Positions 51,147 to 62,447 of a stretch of DNA of 64,000 bases are shown piece after piece. Position numbers and translations under genes: made by a program. The notes under the pieces were generated by a model, which searched no databases, was not told the DNA's origin, and saw nothing but the letters and a program-made list of their open reading frames with translations. Where the stretch lies: assembly GCA_011109175.1 (NCBI GenBank), contig RDEW01000002.1, positions 1,839,826 to 1,903,825 on the forward strand, written 5' to 3'. Each line of letters begins with the position of its first letter. Position 1 is the stretch's first letter. Source of the DNA: Dicyema japonicum. Taxonomy: Eukaryota; Animalia; Dicyemida.

Positions 51147-51275
51147 ATCGATTTATATATACAATTAACAGTGAAGTGACTAATTGGCTGAAGAGTCAAT
51201 TGGGATTTCTCATCATAACTCTGATCTCCATATAAAGGAAAAGGGCATCAGGGTTCCATAAAAGGGAAAGGGTTT
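51147..51275 (-). promoter_or_regulatory. Conserved cassette, copy 2
   Basis: Core ATTGGCTGAAGAGTCAATTGG at 51183. Contains CCATAAAAGG, a perfect CC(A/T)6GG. Confidence 0.5.
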
Positions 51276-52707
51276 TTTTTTATTAATTAAAAATTATTAT
51301 TTTAGCAGAAAGTAAGCGTTTAAGAACGATTTCGACTTCAAATCTGTATGTTTCCGTTGGATCCTCAATGTCAATGTCTTTTAATATTGTTTGATACAAT
51401 GAAGACACGTGGAGAGATGCTAGTATTATTTGATCTCTCGATTCTCTCCAATGGATAGTAAATAGTTGGAGATATTGCCTTTTTTATTGTCAACGAATCA
51501 GTTTCCAAATTCCGAATTCTTCAGATCTTCAGGGAGGACAACCACCGCGGTAAAAGAACTAACCGGAAGTCGAATGGTTTACATGATGACCTGCTTAAAT
51601 TTACGCATCTCGTTTTAATGGAAAAACCCCAAGTAAGAGAATTCAGTTTGAAGTCTCTCAGTAAATTCTCTTTCTGTTCACATGTGATAAATAAGGTGAA
51701 AATTATTGGGAAAAACTTCCTAAGAGTGCAATTTAATGTTTCCACGTGATTCAAAGATCTTAATCTCCTAACGTGGCTTGACAATAATCTAATATGAAGA
51801 ATCTCATAATTGAATCTAAAATAATCTCAAAAATAATCTGCATATTGGAATACTTTGACATGGACGGTTTAAAGTGAGATTAAAATTTCAGTTTCACTCC
51901 CAAAAATCACTCAAATTAGTATAACTGCATATAATACAGAAGTGTGTCCCGTCTGAAATAAGCAATGTCGCAATCCTGAATGTCTGGGTTAGAATCCGGT
52001 AGGACAAAATTGAAGGAACTCTGATACGTCTTCCTTCAGGGGGAACCAATAAAATTATTAGTTATTTATAATTTTTCCAATTAATTATAGAATTAATTTT
52101 AAGCATATACTCGAGTACACGTTGTATGCCCTTGAAAATTCAAATGATCTTGTAGCTCTTCCCTGAGAAGAACAAAGTGAGAGTTTTTCAGTCTTCAACT
52201 TTATGGAATTCAATTAAGCAAGTCAAGCGCACTCTATGAGGGAAGTAATAATTAACCACTATATAGGTGGCCCGATTTCACATGAATGTTTTATATTCCC
52301 TATGTATATTGTAGTCACATTGAAATATATAATTAAAGTGTGTCGACACGCTTTGCCCGTCCAACATTGTCGGGAGAGCGGTAGACACACTATATGCCGC
52401 GGAAAAGACGATGATAGCAAAGGAGAAGAAATACGAAGAGCTACGCGACCGATTCGCGATAATGGAAAGGGAGAAGAAATATGAAGCGCTACGCGACGAA
52501 AATTGATTGAAAATGCACTTTGAAAAATCTCTAAGTTGATGTCTCAAAAAGTGATTGCACTATCGAAGAAATAAGGATTTTTTTCGACAATAAGATATAA
52601 ATGATTATTTTTGGTGCCTTGTTTTTAACAGTTCTTTTAATATAATTAATTAATAGATTCTGATTAATATAATTATATTTTCATTTTTGCCCGTTATTAA
52701 AATTATT

Positions 52708-53030
52708 ATGTCGGTGAGGAAAGAGCATTCTTTGGACCTAAAACAACGAGTTGTAACGGCCCACCAAGGATGTAAAAGTTATGGAGATTTCTAAATACAA
52801 AAAGTACTGTTCGGAATATTATTACCCGATGGAAGCAACGCGGAGCTGTTGTTAATCGACTAAGATCAGGTGCTCCTAGGAAAATACCTCATTAATGAAA
52901 AGAATAGTTTGTACAAAACCAAGAATTACCCGAAAATAATTGGTTGATGATTTAAATATTACAGGAACATCAGTGTCCTTTCGTACAATTACTTCTACAC
53001 TACGCAATGAAGGTATCAATAAACGAAGAT
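52708..53030 (+). mobile_element. Tc1-like transposase N-terminal HTH fragment
   Basis: KEHSLDLKQRVVTAHQ..STVRNIITRWKQRGAVVNRLRSGAPRK..VSFRTITSTLRNEG. Confidence 0.8.
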
Positions 53031-53279
53031 TAATTGGATTTCGTGCCATGACTTTTTTCCTGCAATAAATTGACTTTGCTCACTATTGACGCATTAATGT
53101 AGTCTTGAATTGCATTTTAGGGCTAAAAAACTGAGAAAGACAAAACCAGTAAAAACTAAAAAATCTGTACCTTTTCAATTCATTTTAGAAAAAAGTTTCA
53201 ATTTCCAAAAAAGCAACTAAAGTCAAATCAACTAAAATAAGGAAGACCAAGTGAACCACAAAACCAAAGAAATGACCTT

Positions 53280-53700
53280 ATTTAGTAATGTTGATACACC
53301 CAAGCGATTTTGAAAGGTGACCGTCTTAGGGCCGAAGACTCCGGTCGTCTTGACAACAACGGGCTGTACATAGAATCTTGTGGAGAGGCTGCCGTATTTC
53401 TTATTTTGGAATTTTCGAATGTTCGTGCAGCCTCCCTAGCTTTCAACGCGGAATCTAAAAGTCTTGACTGGGAGAAGGTGTCTGTGCACGCCCCATCACA
53501 AATCATGAATTTCCCCCGAGAGAAGGGGAAGACAGTGATCCCATCGGGGCGCTTTCCATTTCCACGATTCAGGCCCACCGGTTCCAGAAATGATGGGAAT
53601 CCTGTAGCCTCATGGAGCGCTTCACGACTCCGTTAATGGCGGCATACCCCGGGACCGGTCATTGGGGGAGACTTTCCAATGGCGTCAAACTTTATTTGCA
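53280..53700 (-). mobile_element. CRE-like RLE non-LTR retrotransposon 3' fragment
   Basis: TGFPSFLEPVGLNRGNGKRPDGITVFPFSRGKFMICDGACTDTFSQ..AAR.FENSKIR.Y. Confidence 0.8.
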
Positions 53701-53829
53701 GACATATTTAAGATCAATAAAATTTATCTGTAATCTTTCATTGGGACAAGAAGCAAAAACATGGTGATTTATATCTACAATAAAAAAAATTTAAAATTTG
53801 AAAGAATTCAAAAATTTACAAACTTCACA

Positions 53830-54420
53830 GTTTCGAATGACTTTTTTAGTAATGTCATTCTTAACAGGGAGATATCGCTTTCCGCATATATTCGATTTTG
53901 TTGACTACTCCATGTGAACTGCCATGAAATCCACGTGTAGTGCCTTTGCCACGACATCCACTTCATTATCACAGGATATAACTAATCAGTTCAACAGAAT
54001 CTCCCCCACTCAAAGAAACTCTGATACGTCTTCCTGCTTTCTATGGGTTCTTCGAAAATAATCACACTGACTGATCAAGGCCTGCTCTTTGACGCCTTGA
54101 CACGTCCTCTTCGCTTCCATCTGATTGTCAGAGACGAGATCGAATGTTTGCTTCCAGAGAGATTGGAATCAACAAATTTAGTGAATAATTTTTATAATAT
54201 AGGCATGCACGTGATTGGGCGCAAATCATCTGGTGATCAACGAGTTATTTTTTTAGGAATTAGATAGGTTATTCCGGTGTACATGTCCAGTGAATATTCT
54301 CCACTTTGACAAAAAAGCAATAGACACCATCACACACAGCTGTTTTCCAATTCGGTAAACATTCAATCATGTTCTTGATGAAGTCACGTGCTTATCCTCT
54401 TTACCCCAGTTCTACATTTC
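53830..54420 (-). mobile_element. R4/Dong-like non-LTR RT fragment
   Basis: TGITYLIPK..PDDLRPITCMPILYKLFT..DNQM.AKRTCQGVKEQALI. Confidence 0.7.
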
Positions 54421-55099
54421 AGACTCTTACAAACGTATTGAGAAGGAGAAAGTTATCTTTAAGCTCTGAAATTTTCTTTCCTGTACTTTCTTTCCACGAG
54501 CTTGCTGCTGAGATCCTCCATGTTAAGTCATCGTATGCCCGCTGCCCTGCATAAATTATGTCCGTTATCTCGTTCAGGTCATCAGGGGGCAGAATAGCAT
54601 TCAACCCATTAAGCACATCACCTCTGACCAAATTAAAGGGATCTTTCAAGTAGGAACTCTTGCATCCCGTGGACTAGAGCGTACCTCATTGATTTGAACA
54701 TTCAGAGCCTCCACACATTTTCCTATAGATTTCGCTCACTGAGCTTTTGGGAAATTTTGTGGACTGACCATCCTTCAAATTAATCCTTCCCTTCTCTGCT
54801 TTAAGCAGTTTCTTGATATTGGATATTCCTTTATTAGTGGAGAAGGGGAATAAAGAAGTCAGCAAGTCACTTGCCATACTCCACGAGGGATCCTTCCAAA
54901 CCTGGCTTTGGAACATTTAACAGCTTCAGTCGCCCATTCGCATTTGTCTGAGCTGTCAAAACTAGCGATAACATCCTTAAGAGGAAAAAAGTGATTAAAA
55001 CAAGTACTTCAAGGTCCTGACAAATCTCACAAGGTTCATGCAGTTATGGACCAGTCGTCCAACTTCGAAAACTGTATTTTCGTTTAATTTTTAAAAATT

Positions 55100-55240
55100 A
55101 TTGATTTATATAATTAAAATATAATAAACACAAGTAATTGCCCAATTGGCTGAAGAGTCAGTTGGTCGTGTGTTGGAATGATTGATATCCCAATGAAGGA
55201 AAAAGGGGGTACCATGATCCCATAAAAGGAAAAAGGGATT
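55100..55240 (-). promoter_or_regulatory. Conserved cassette, copy 3
   Basis: Core ATTGGCTGAAGAGTCAGTTGG at 55145. Contains CCATAAAAGG. Confidence 0.5.
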
Positions 55241-55286
55241 TTTTTATTTTTTTAATATTTTTATGACATTTAATTAAAACGAAAAC

Positions 55287-57400
55287 GTGCGGTGTGATCA
55301 ACGAAAATCTCAGATGGAAAATAAAGAACGAAAAGAAGACGAAATACGAGGAACAAAGCCAGAAAGAACAACTCAGGTATGTCTCTTATGTGGACAATCG
55401 AATATCAGGAAAATTGGAATTAACTGCACGCTATGTGAATTATTCGTCCATTTGGGCTGCATAAAAATGAGTAAAGCTAGCGCCGAGACGCTGTCGAGTT
55501 GGCTGTGCCACTCTTGTATTGGAAAGGAGGTCCCCAGGCGGGAAAAATAGCTCAGCCAAACTTTACACTGCCAAACTCATACTTACCAAATTCTCTTGAG
55601 GATCTCGAACCTACGGAAAGCCAGGAAGATCCCAATAAAAATTCCTAAAGGAGTACGAATTGCCTCAGCAACGTGTCTTTCAGATGCCATTGATCACGCA
55701 CTGTCCTCTGAGAGTTGGGAATCCTGGCTAAAACTTATATGCTTTGCACCTGTCGCACTCGGAATACCTACAACGGAATCTGAGGGCAATAATAAAGAAA
55801 CAAACTCCCGGCTTAACTTACCCGGGAAACTGAAACGAAACATAATGAATTTTAGCAGTCATAGCAAACACGCAATGCTTAAACAGCCACTTAATGTCAA
55901 TGAGGTCGAAACCAGAGGAGCATACACCAAAGATGTCCCCAACAAACTAAAGGAGAGAGTAAACCGGAAACTTCTGGAGGGCGACGTGCGGGCGGCCTTA
56001 CGGGTTATCACGTCCAATGACACAGTATTGTCTTGTACCCCCAAGGTCCTGAAGACCTTAATACTGAAGCACCCAGGTGCACCGACTGATTATGAAAAGT
56101 TTTTGAATCCTGAAGGAACCCCGGAGATAATCATTACGAATCAGAAGTGCGGCACGGAATCGCTTCCTTTGCCGCTAGCAGCGGCGGAGGCTTGGAAGGG
56201 TCACGTCCTGCCCATATTAAGGACTCACGTTCACTTAAACATCTGAAGCTGGACGCTGTCTTGTCAAATCAATTACGAACCTAATCAGAAAATAGTTAAC
56301 GGCGACATCCCAGAATATGCCAGAGAATTGCTCTTCTCCGCAAGGCTACTTGCTTTCAAAAAACTCAATGGAGAAATCCGCCCTATTGCGGTCGGGAACT
56401 ATTTTAGAAGATTTGCAACAAAAATTGCATAGACTCTGGTGAGCCGACAACTTGGAGAGGAGTTCTTTCCTAAACAAATAAGTGTTAGTATCCAGAACGG
56501 ATGTGAGGCTGCGGTTCATGCAGCAAGGCGTTTCTTCACACAGAAAAATATTTCAAATGAATGCATTGGAATCAAGTTGGACATAAAATCTCTGGTACCT
56601 CGATGATGCCACAATTGAAGGATCATTCAAGGAAACATACAATTCATTACGTAAAGCGTTACCCGCTTTAAAACACTTGGGATTGGACATCAATATCAAC
56701 AAATCAGAGCTAATTAATGTCTCATACCCAAACACCGACTTTCTCTCTATCAAGGAGTCTTTCAACGAATTGCTACCTGGGATCCCGACTGTGCCTGTTG
56801 ACAAACTATATTTTCTCGGATGCCCACTCAGTAAAGACGAACTCAGGTACCATCTACCTTCTAAAAATGAAAAATTATCACGCCTCGCGGAAAGATTGTC
56901 ATGCCTCGACTCTCACACATCTTTCTTCCTAATGAGAACAACATCGGACTACCCAAGCTTTTATATCTACTCCGATGTTCCCCCTGCTACAAACAAATCG
57001 ACAGTCTACTTTCGATAGACAAATCTCTCAAACAAACTGTTGAGTCACTAATTAACGTCCGCTTCGACGGACATGGTTGGAAGCAATGTAAGCTTCTCTC
57101 TGGATTTGGGGGTGTCGGTCTAAGATCGGCGCTGGAGGTTGCGTACCCTCATATCTATCGTCTCTCTCAAGTTGCAGCCATTTGATTCGGAAAGTCCTTC
57201 ATAACACTATTGGACTATGGTGGAATGAGTCATTTGACGAAGCTTAGCGGAAATGGAACGGGTCCAGACTCAAAATCCCCGAAGACACAACTATGCAAAG
57301 TAATTGGGATAACCTTGTCTGCTCCAAAATTATGGAAGACCTTAAAAAGAAGCAAATAAACATCGTCTTGGTTGTTTGGTGTCAGCTTCAAGTGGAGGGA
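55287..57400 (+). mobile_element. CRE-clade non-LTR retrotransposon: 5' part with N-terminal PHD finger and deleted RT core
   Basis: PHD: CLLC..CTLCELFVHLGC..WLCHSC. CRE RT motifs: KLLEGDVRAALR, KHP, RPIAVGNYFRR, GCEAAVHAAR, WYLDD, LGCPL and GGVGLRSA. The QQGDP region is missing (KLDIK joins directly to WYLDD). Truncated before the RLE. Confidence 0.85.
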
Positions 57401-58434
57401 GTAGAAAAAGGGATTTTTTAAAATATTTTTATTAATGAGAAAATACATTTAAAAAAATTAATGTAAAATATTTTTTTATGCAAAGCAAATTAATCATTTT
57501 TTAAATTAAAATTATTATAAAAATAAGCTATTTCTTTCAATTATGGAAACATTTCTACGACAAATGATTTCAAACATGTAAGGTTTAAAATGGCCTCGAA
57601 TTATCGCTATTCGATTTATTGGATTTCCGAGCTAACTCGTTATTTCCAACCGCCAACAAACTTTCAAATTTTCAACTATAAAACTTTGATTTTTTACAAA
57701 TCTAAAATCCGTCTTCCAAAGTCCCAAGAAAACGATTTGATATCAAATCTCCGTCTTAATTTTATTAACAATTTTACACAGCTGTACAGAATGTAGCGGA
57801 TCTGACTACAAATTTCAAATCAAGCCAGGGTATTTGAGGAAGAGATCATTTCACATTTCCACGTGTTTCAACTGATGTCGCAAAGAACCTCCGATTGTCA
57901 TCAATTCACCTCCCCAATCAGACATGTAACTCTTTTTTGGGAGAAAACAACTTAATCCTTCACGTTGGAATACATTAAAATATTCCGAGTTTATAAATTC
58001 TTGAATTCTACCAATACTTCATTACAGGCTTCCGCTTCCGAAGAGAGGTGGGGAAGGAGGTCCGCCCTCTTCCATTTCGTCGCACGTCCTACCGTCGCGG
58101 ACATCACTTCATTCTTCAGCGTAATAGTTTTTTCATAATGTAATCTTCATCAGAGGATTTAGTCAGGGAGAGGTAGAAAGATCCCTTTCAACTACTGTGT
58201 CGTGCCAGAAGGACTCGTCGCCTCACGGGTGGGGTCTGTTTGACAAAAATTGACCATCGCTGAAAACTCCATCTTTTGGATTTGAACCCATGAACTTCAG
58301 ATCCGATGTCATCAGACGTTACGTTCAGTCAGAAGGTTTATATAGTCCTCCACTATATAGTCTGTAATTTGATTTTTTTAAAAATTAGTAAAATTTTTAA
58401 TTATCTAAAAAATAAATAAATAACAGTTTGAATT

Positions 58435-59810
58435 ATGCACGTTTTTATTCTTCTTTTGGCATTGGAGTCGTTTTGAATAAATCTAATGCAAGAAACAATA
58501 TTCAAAAAATAACGTATTACAATCTTTCTACAGTAAAAGCTCTCTTTGATGTATCATTGCATAGTCTAATCTCTTAGTGGATATCAGATGCTGAACGTAG
58601 ACACCTTGACCGAGATAACGCTAACTTGTGTGAAAGAGTACAACTGCTTCAGGTCATAACATACCTTATAGTTGTCACAACCTCTACATTATTTCCGATA
58701 AAGTTTATGTTCGGTCCATTGGTTGTATTCCTCCGCTTGTGATGGATCATCATTACGTGAAACCGATAAAATGTATTGGGTACCACAACTCACAGTGATT
58801 GATTCTATTGGTGGACTTCAAACTCCTCGGGAATTTTGATGAGTCTAAGGTTTTTGATCATTTTATTGTAAGGAAGAGACTCGTGTGTAATATAGAGGGA
58901 GATTCCCCATATAGCTGCTTCATTCGGTACCTCAACTCTAGAATCCTTTTGTTGAGTTAAGTTCAGCTGGATATTAAGACTTTATTTGTTTCAGCAATAT
59001 ATTTTGGTGTTTACTAGACTTTTGTACCAACCCTGAAGTGGTGGTCCTATTTTGATCAGATTATGGTCAGTATACAACGATCATAAGTTTATGACTCGCA
59101 TCGATTTAGACACTGGTGGGTTGGGTCACCTCATTGGGACTAAATATCTCAAGTGTACATCAAGGATTCTCAATAACCACTTAGTTGTACTCTAAGGTTA
59201 TAAATGACATAATTTTCAGACGTGTCCTGACCCTCAAGTTGATAATGTAGAGGAGATGGTTGAGGACAAGAAAGTAACGAAGGAGAATCCTAAAGACCCT
59301 TTTGTGTTTGTCAACAGTGACATTGTTGAGTAATAGAAGATCGGGAGAACGTGTGTTCTGTATATTTTGTTGTGAGGTCTAGCTGACGATTATCCTTGAC
59401 ATGAAGATCGAACAGAGTATGCTATGCACGAGAAAAAATATAAGATTTTCATGTTCCCTGAGGTCTCTTATTCTTAGGCTAATGAGGGGAGTGTACTAAT
59501 TGAAGGTTGAAGAGTAGAGGAAAAGGTACGAGGAGGACGTGAACAAACTTTAACATGTGTATGAATATCCTGAAACAGTTTATGAGTCGAAAGCAGTTCT
59601 TCAGTTCATCTTGATGATGTGACTGGTGCAAAGTCAATTGAGTCTAAGGGCGAAATTATGGAGAAATGGCTTGAGAATGTCAGTGGGGTTATTTGCACAA
59701 ATGTTGAGTGAGGATTGACTAATACTTTTAAGCTTGTTAGCATCACAGACAAGAAAGTAAGAATGTTGGACGATCAGCTACTGGACTTTTTAAAAAATGA
59801 CGATTTTTGA
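58435..59810 (+). CDS. Possible uncharacterised multi-exon gene with a hydrophobic (signal-peptide-like) N-terminus
   Basis: MHVFILLLA follows an AT island. Protein-like exons (WISDAERRHLDRDNANLCERVQLLQ, YNDHKFMTRIDLDTGGLGHL, EIMEKWLENVSG, VRMLDDQLLDFLKNDDF-stop) are separated by plausible short introns. Confidence 0.35.
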
Positions 59811-60199
59811 TATTTAATTTTTAATGTATAAATATGTTTTAATAATGAATAATAAAATCAGAATTTTTAAACCCATTTTTTGAAAGTATATTTTGATGAT
59901 TGTTAAATCAAGACAGTGAACAAATGGTAGTGGTTAGTGGCCTCGCATTTAGCATACTGCTACCTACTTGGTTGAAAGATTTCCTCTCTGCTCTTGCCTT
60001 CAATTCCTGATTAAATACACCTATGTACGGAAATGCTCAAGGTCTGGCATCCATTCACAAAGGATCTCTCCTCTTACTCCAGTGGAGGGGTTCCCTAATG
60101 GCGGATACTTGGAAGGGACATGATGTTGGAAAAGGATACGTCCCATTCCGACTGAAGGAATTAGATAAAATTTATTATGGTATATCCGGAATTATTAAC

Positions 60200-60830
60200 A
60201 AAAAGAGAGTTCCCAGATATCCCCCAATTTGTATTCCAACTACTTTTGGAGGATTGTTAATTTGTACAAGTTACAGTTCGAGAATCAAACAATTTTATCC
60301 GTTTTCCATTTTGTAGATAATAAACCAAATATTGTAGTCGTTAAACGATTTTATGGTAACGAGTGACTATCGTGCTAAATATTTTCATTTATAATATGAG
60401 ATGGAACCTCTCCTCCACTTCTTATACAGGGGGTAAACGCATCGTTGCGCAGAAGCAAGTTATTAAGAGCTTTGATGAAGATTTTATTTCTGCTTGAAAA
60501 AAACTTGTGGAAATCGCGTTAATTGTAAGGATATCCATTGGATGATGGAAAAAATGATTAATTGTGGAGAGATGGGATAAACTTCTCCAATAGGATGAGA
60601 GTGGTCAGCATTTTCAATAGTTAATTTGTGGCTCTACGGTTAGTCCGTTATCGTCGAGACGAGTGGAGTCTTTGGCCCCAAGTCGATCTCTTTTCTAAGA
60701 TTGCTTGGGTCAATTACACAGTCCAACATTGGGCAAAGTACTACGAGCGAGAAACCATTTCCAATGAGGCGGGTTACAGTGGACGACCGTCCCCACTGAC
60801 TTCATTGCCGATCTGGATCACTTAGTCAGT
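60200..60830 (+). mobile_element. Jockey/I-like LINE degenerate 3' fragment
   Basis: Ends in CTGGATCACTTAGTCAGTT, the family 3' motif. Confidence 0.45.
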
Positions 60831-60939
60831 TGGAAACTTTCTTCTTTTCCTTTAACCCAGTGATCATGGGTAATAAAATAAATTATCAAAGAACTGAAAA
60901 CACTGATAGGATGTCCTCAACTTCCAAATAATATGCAAA

Positions 60940-61430
60940 GCTCTGTTTTCCACGTGAATTTTATTTCAGGGTGGAAAATTGACAGATTCCTGTTCTCTAT
61001 CTTCAACAAAGTGAAATACAACATATTGTCCCCGGCATGGACAAAAATTCACGGAAGATGACGACCGACTGGGCTTTCGGAAAGGACTATGGAAACAAAT
61101 TCGAGTTGGTTTGAGAAATTGTTACCCGTTCAGCCTAAAATGTGCATGATCACTGAAGGAAGTTCAAGTTGGCCATGGTCAAAGGTAGGACCATAATTTA
61201 GAGTCTCTAGTTAGTGGGAAATGGAGTCCCCAGTAGAACAAGCTCTCGTGATTGAGCACATTCCCTTGTACGATTTGTATAAAAATACGCTCAATCAGCC
61301 TATCTCGAATCGACTTATCCTGGAAACGATCTACGAGGAGTACATTGAGGCGTGCATTTTATGCACATGCTCCTCATGGGGTCTATTTATTTCCTGACAT
61401 TCCATGAAGATCAATGCTAGAAAAAGGAAT
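60940..61430 (+). mobile_element. R4/Dong-like non-LTR C-terminal fragment
   Basis: GWKIDRFLFSIFNKVK and HIPLYDLY..ISNRLILETI-type segments. Confidence 0.45.
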
Positions 61431-62401
61431 TCAAAATCACGGAGGGATGAATTTTGAAAAAGTCTCCCTTAAATGTTTTAGGAATCTATAAGAACCGAGG
61501 TTATACGTGCTTGTGTGGGCTGTGCTCACTGCTAGATCCTGTTTGGATCTACATGGTTCTTCATAGTCAAAGTAAGTCTTCCCAGCAACACAAGAGAGTT
61601 TAGAGTGTGTACCTCCCAATATTATTGTAACCCACTATATTTAACGACTTTCGTCAAAAACATCTATATAAATGCATGGTAATAAGCCAACTTGATAGCC
61701 CTTCAATTTCTTTATTATTTCTCAAGTCAAGTGATGCTGCTTACTACAATGACCTCGAGAAGGTTTGATGTGGTCTTTTGATACCAAAGCAATTTCAAGA
61801 TCATGAAGGACTGGTCCACGTGATAACGTCTACCTAACTCTATCCATAAATGTTAGCGTACCCTATCGTCAAAGTGCGTTGACTGTACCAACTAAGACAT
61901 ACAAAGATATAATAGTTAGGGTGAGTTGAATGAGTTAGAATCAGTCCTGAGATTGTACGGTAAAGATAAGTTTAAATTCTACTTCAGTATACACATTGTA
62001 CCCAATCTCTACTTCTTATAGTCTGGGGGACATTTTACATAGGTAGGGTTATGAGTATTCAGAGTGTTTGCATGATAAGATGCGCAACCCCTTCCATTAT
62101 CTAACATGCGTAGACGAAGTTATGGAATCATGTGTGGATAGGCATCGTTATTGACAAAAGAAGCATCTGATACACCAACCAAATTCGAATCGATCCAAAA
62201 CCTTAAGGGATCTGTAATTTCCTAACTATGTGCACAAGAAGATTACCAGTTGCCAACAGCACGGTTCGCTTAGCCATGATAGGATCATTAGAGACTATTC
62301 TACGAATTAATGTTTGGGAGGATCGACAAATGGATTGTTTGTTCTTTCGTTTTTTTAAAATAATTTTTAATCCTCATGAATGTTGACGTTTTTAGATGGT
62401 T

Positions 62402-62447
62402 GAAGTGATGACGTAACTTTCATCTTTAGGAGATACGTCATCACTTC
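62402..62447. repeat. Perfect 14-bp inverted repeat with 18-nt spacer
   Basis: GAAGTGATGACGTA (62402-62415) and TACGTCATCACTTC (62434-62447). Confidence 0.9.

Noticed and set aside
58339-58359. 8-bp hairpin TATATAGT-CCTCC-ACTATATA as a Helitron 3' end or terminator
   Set aside because: The stem is AT-rich, no CTRR terminus follows, and it is short enough to occur by chance.
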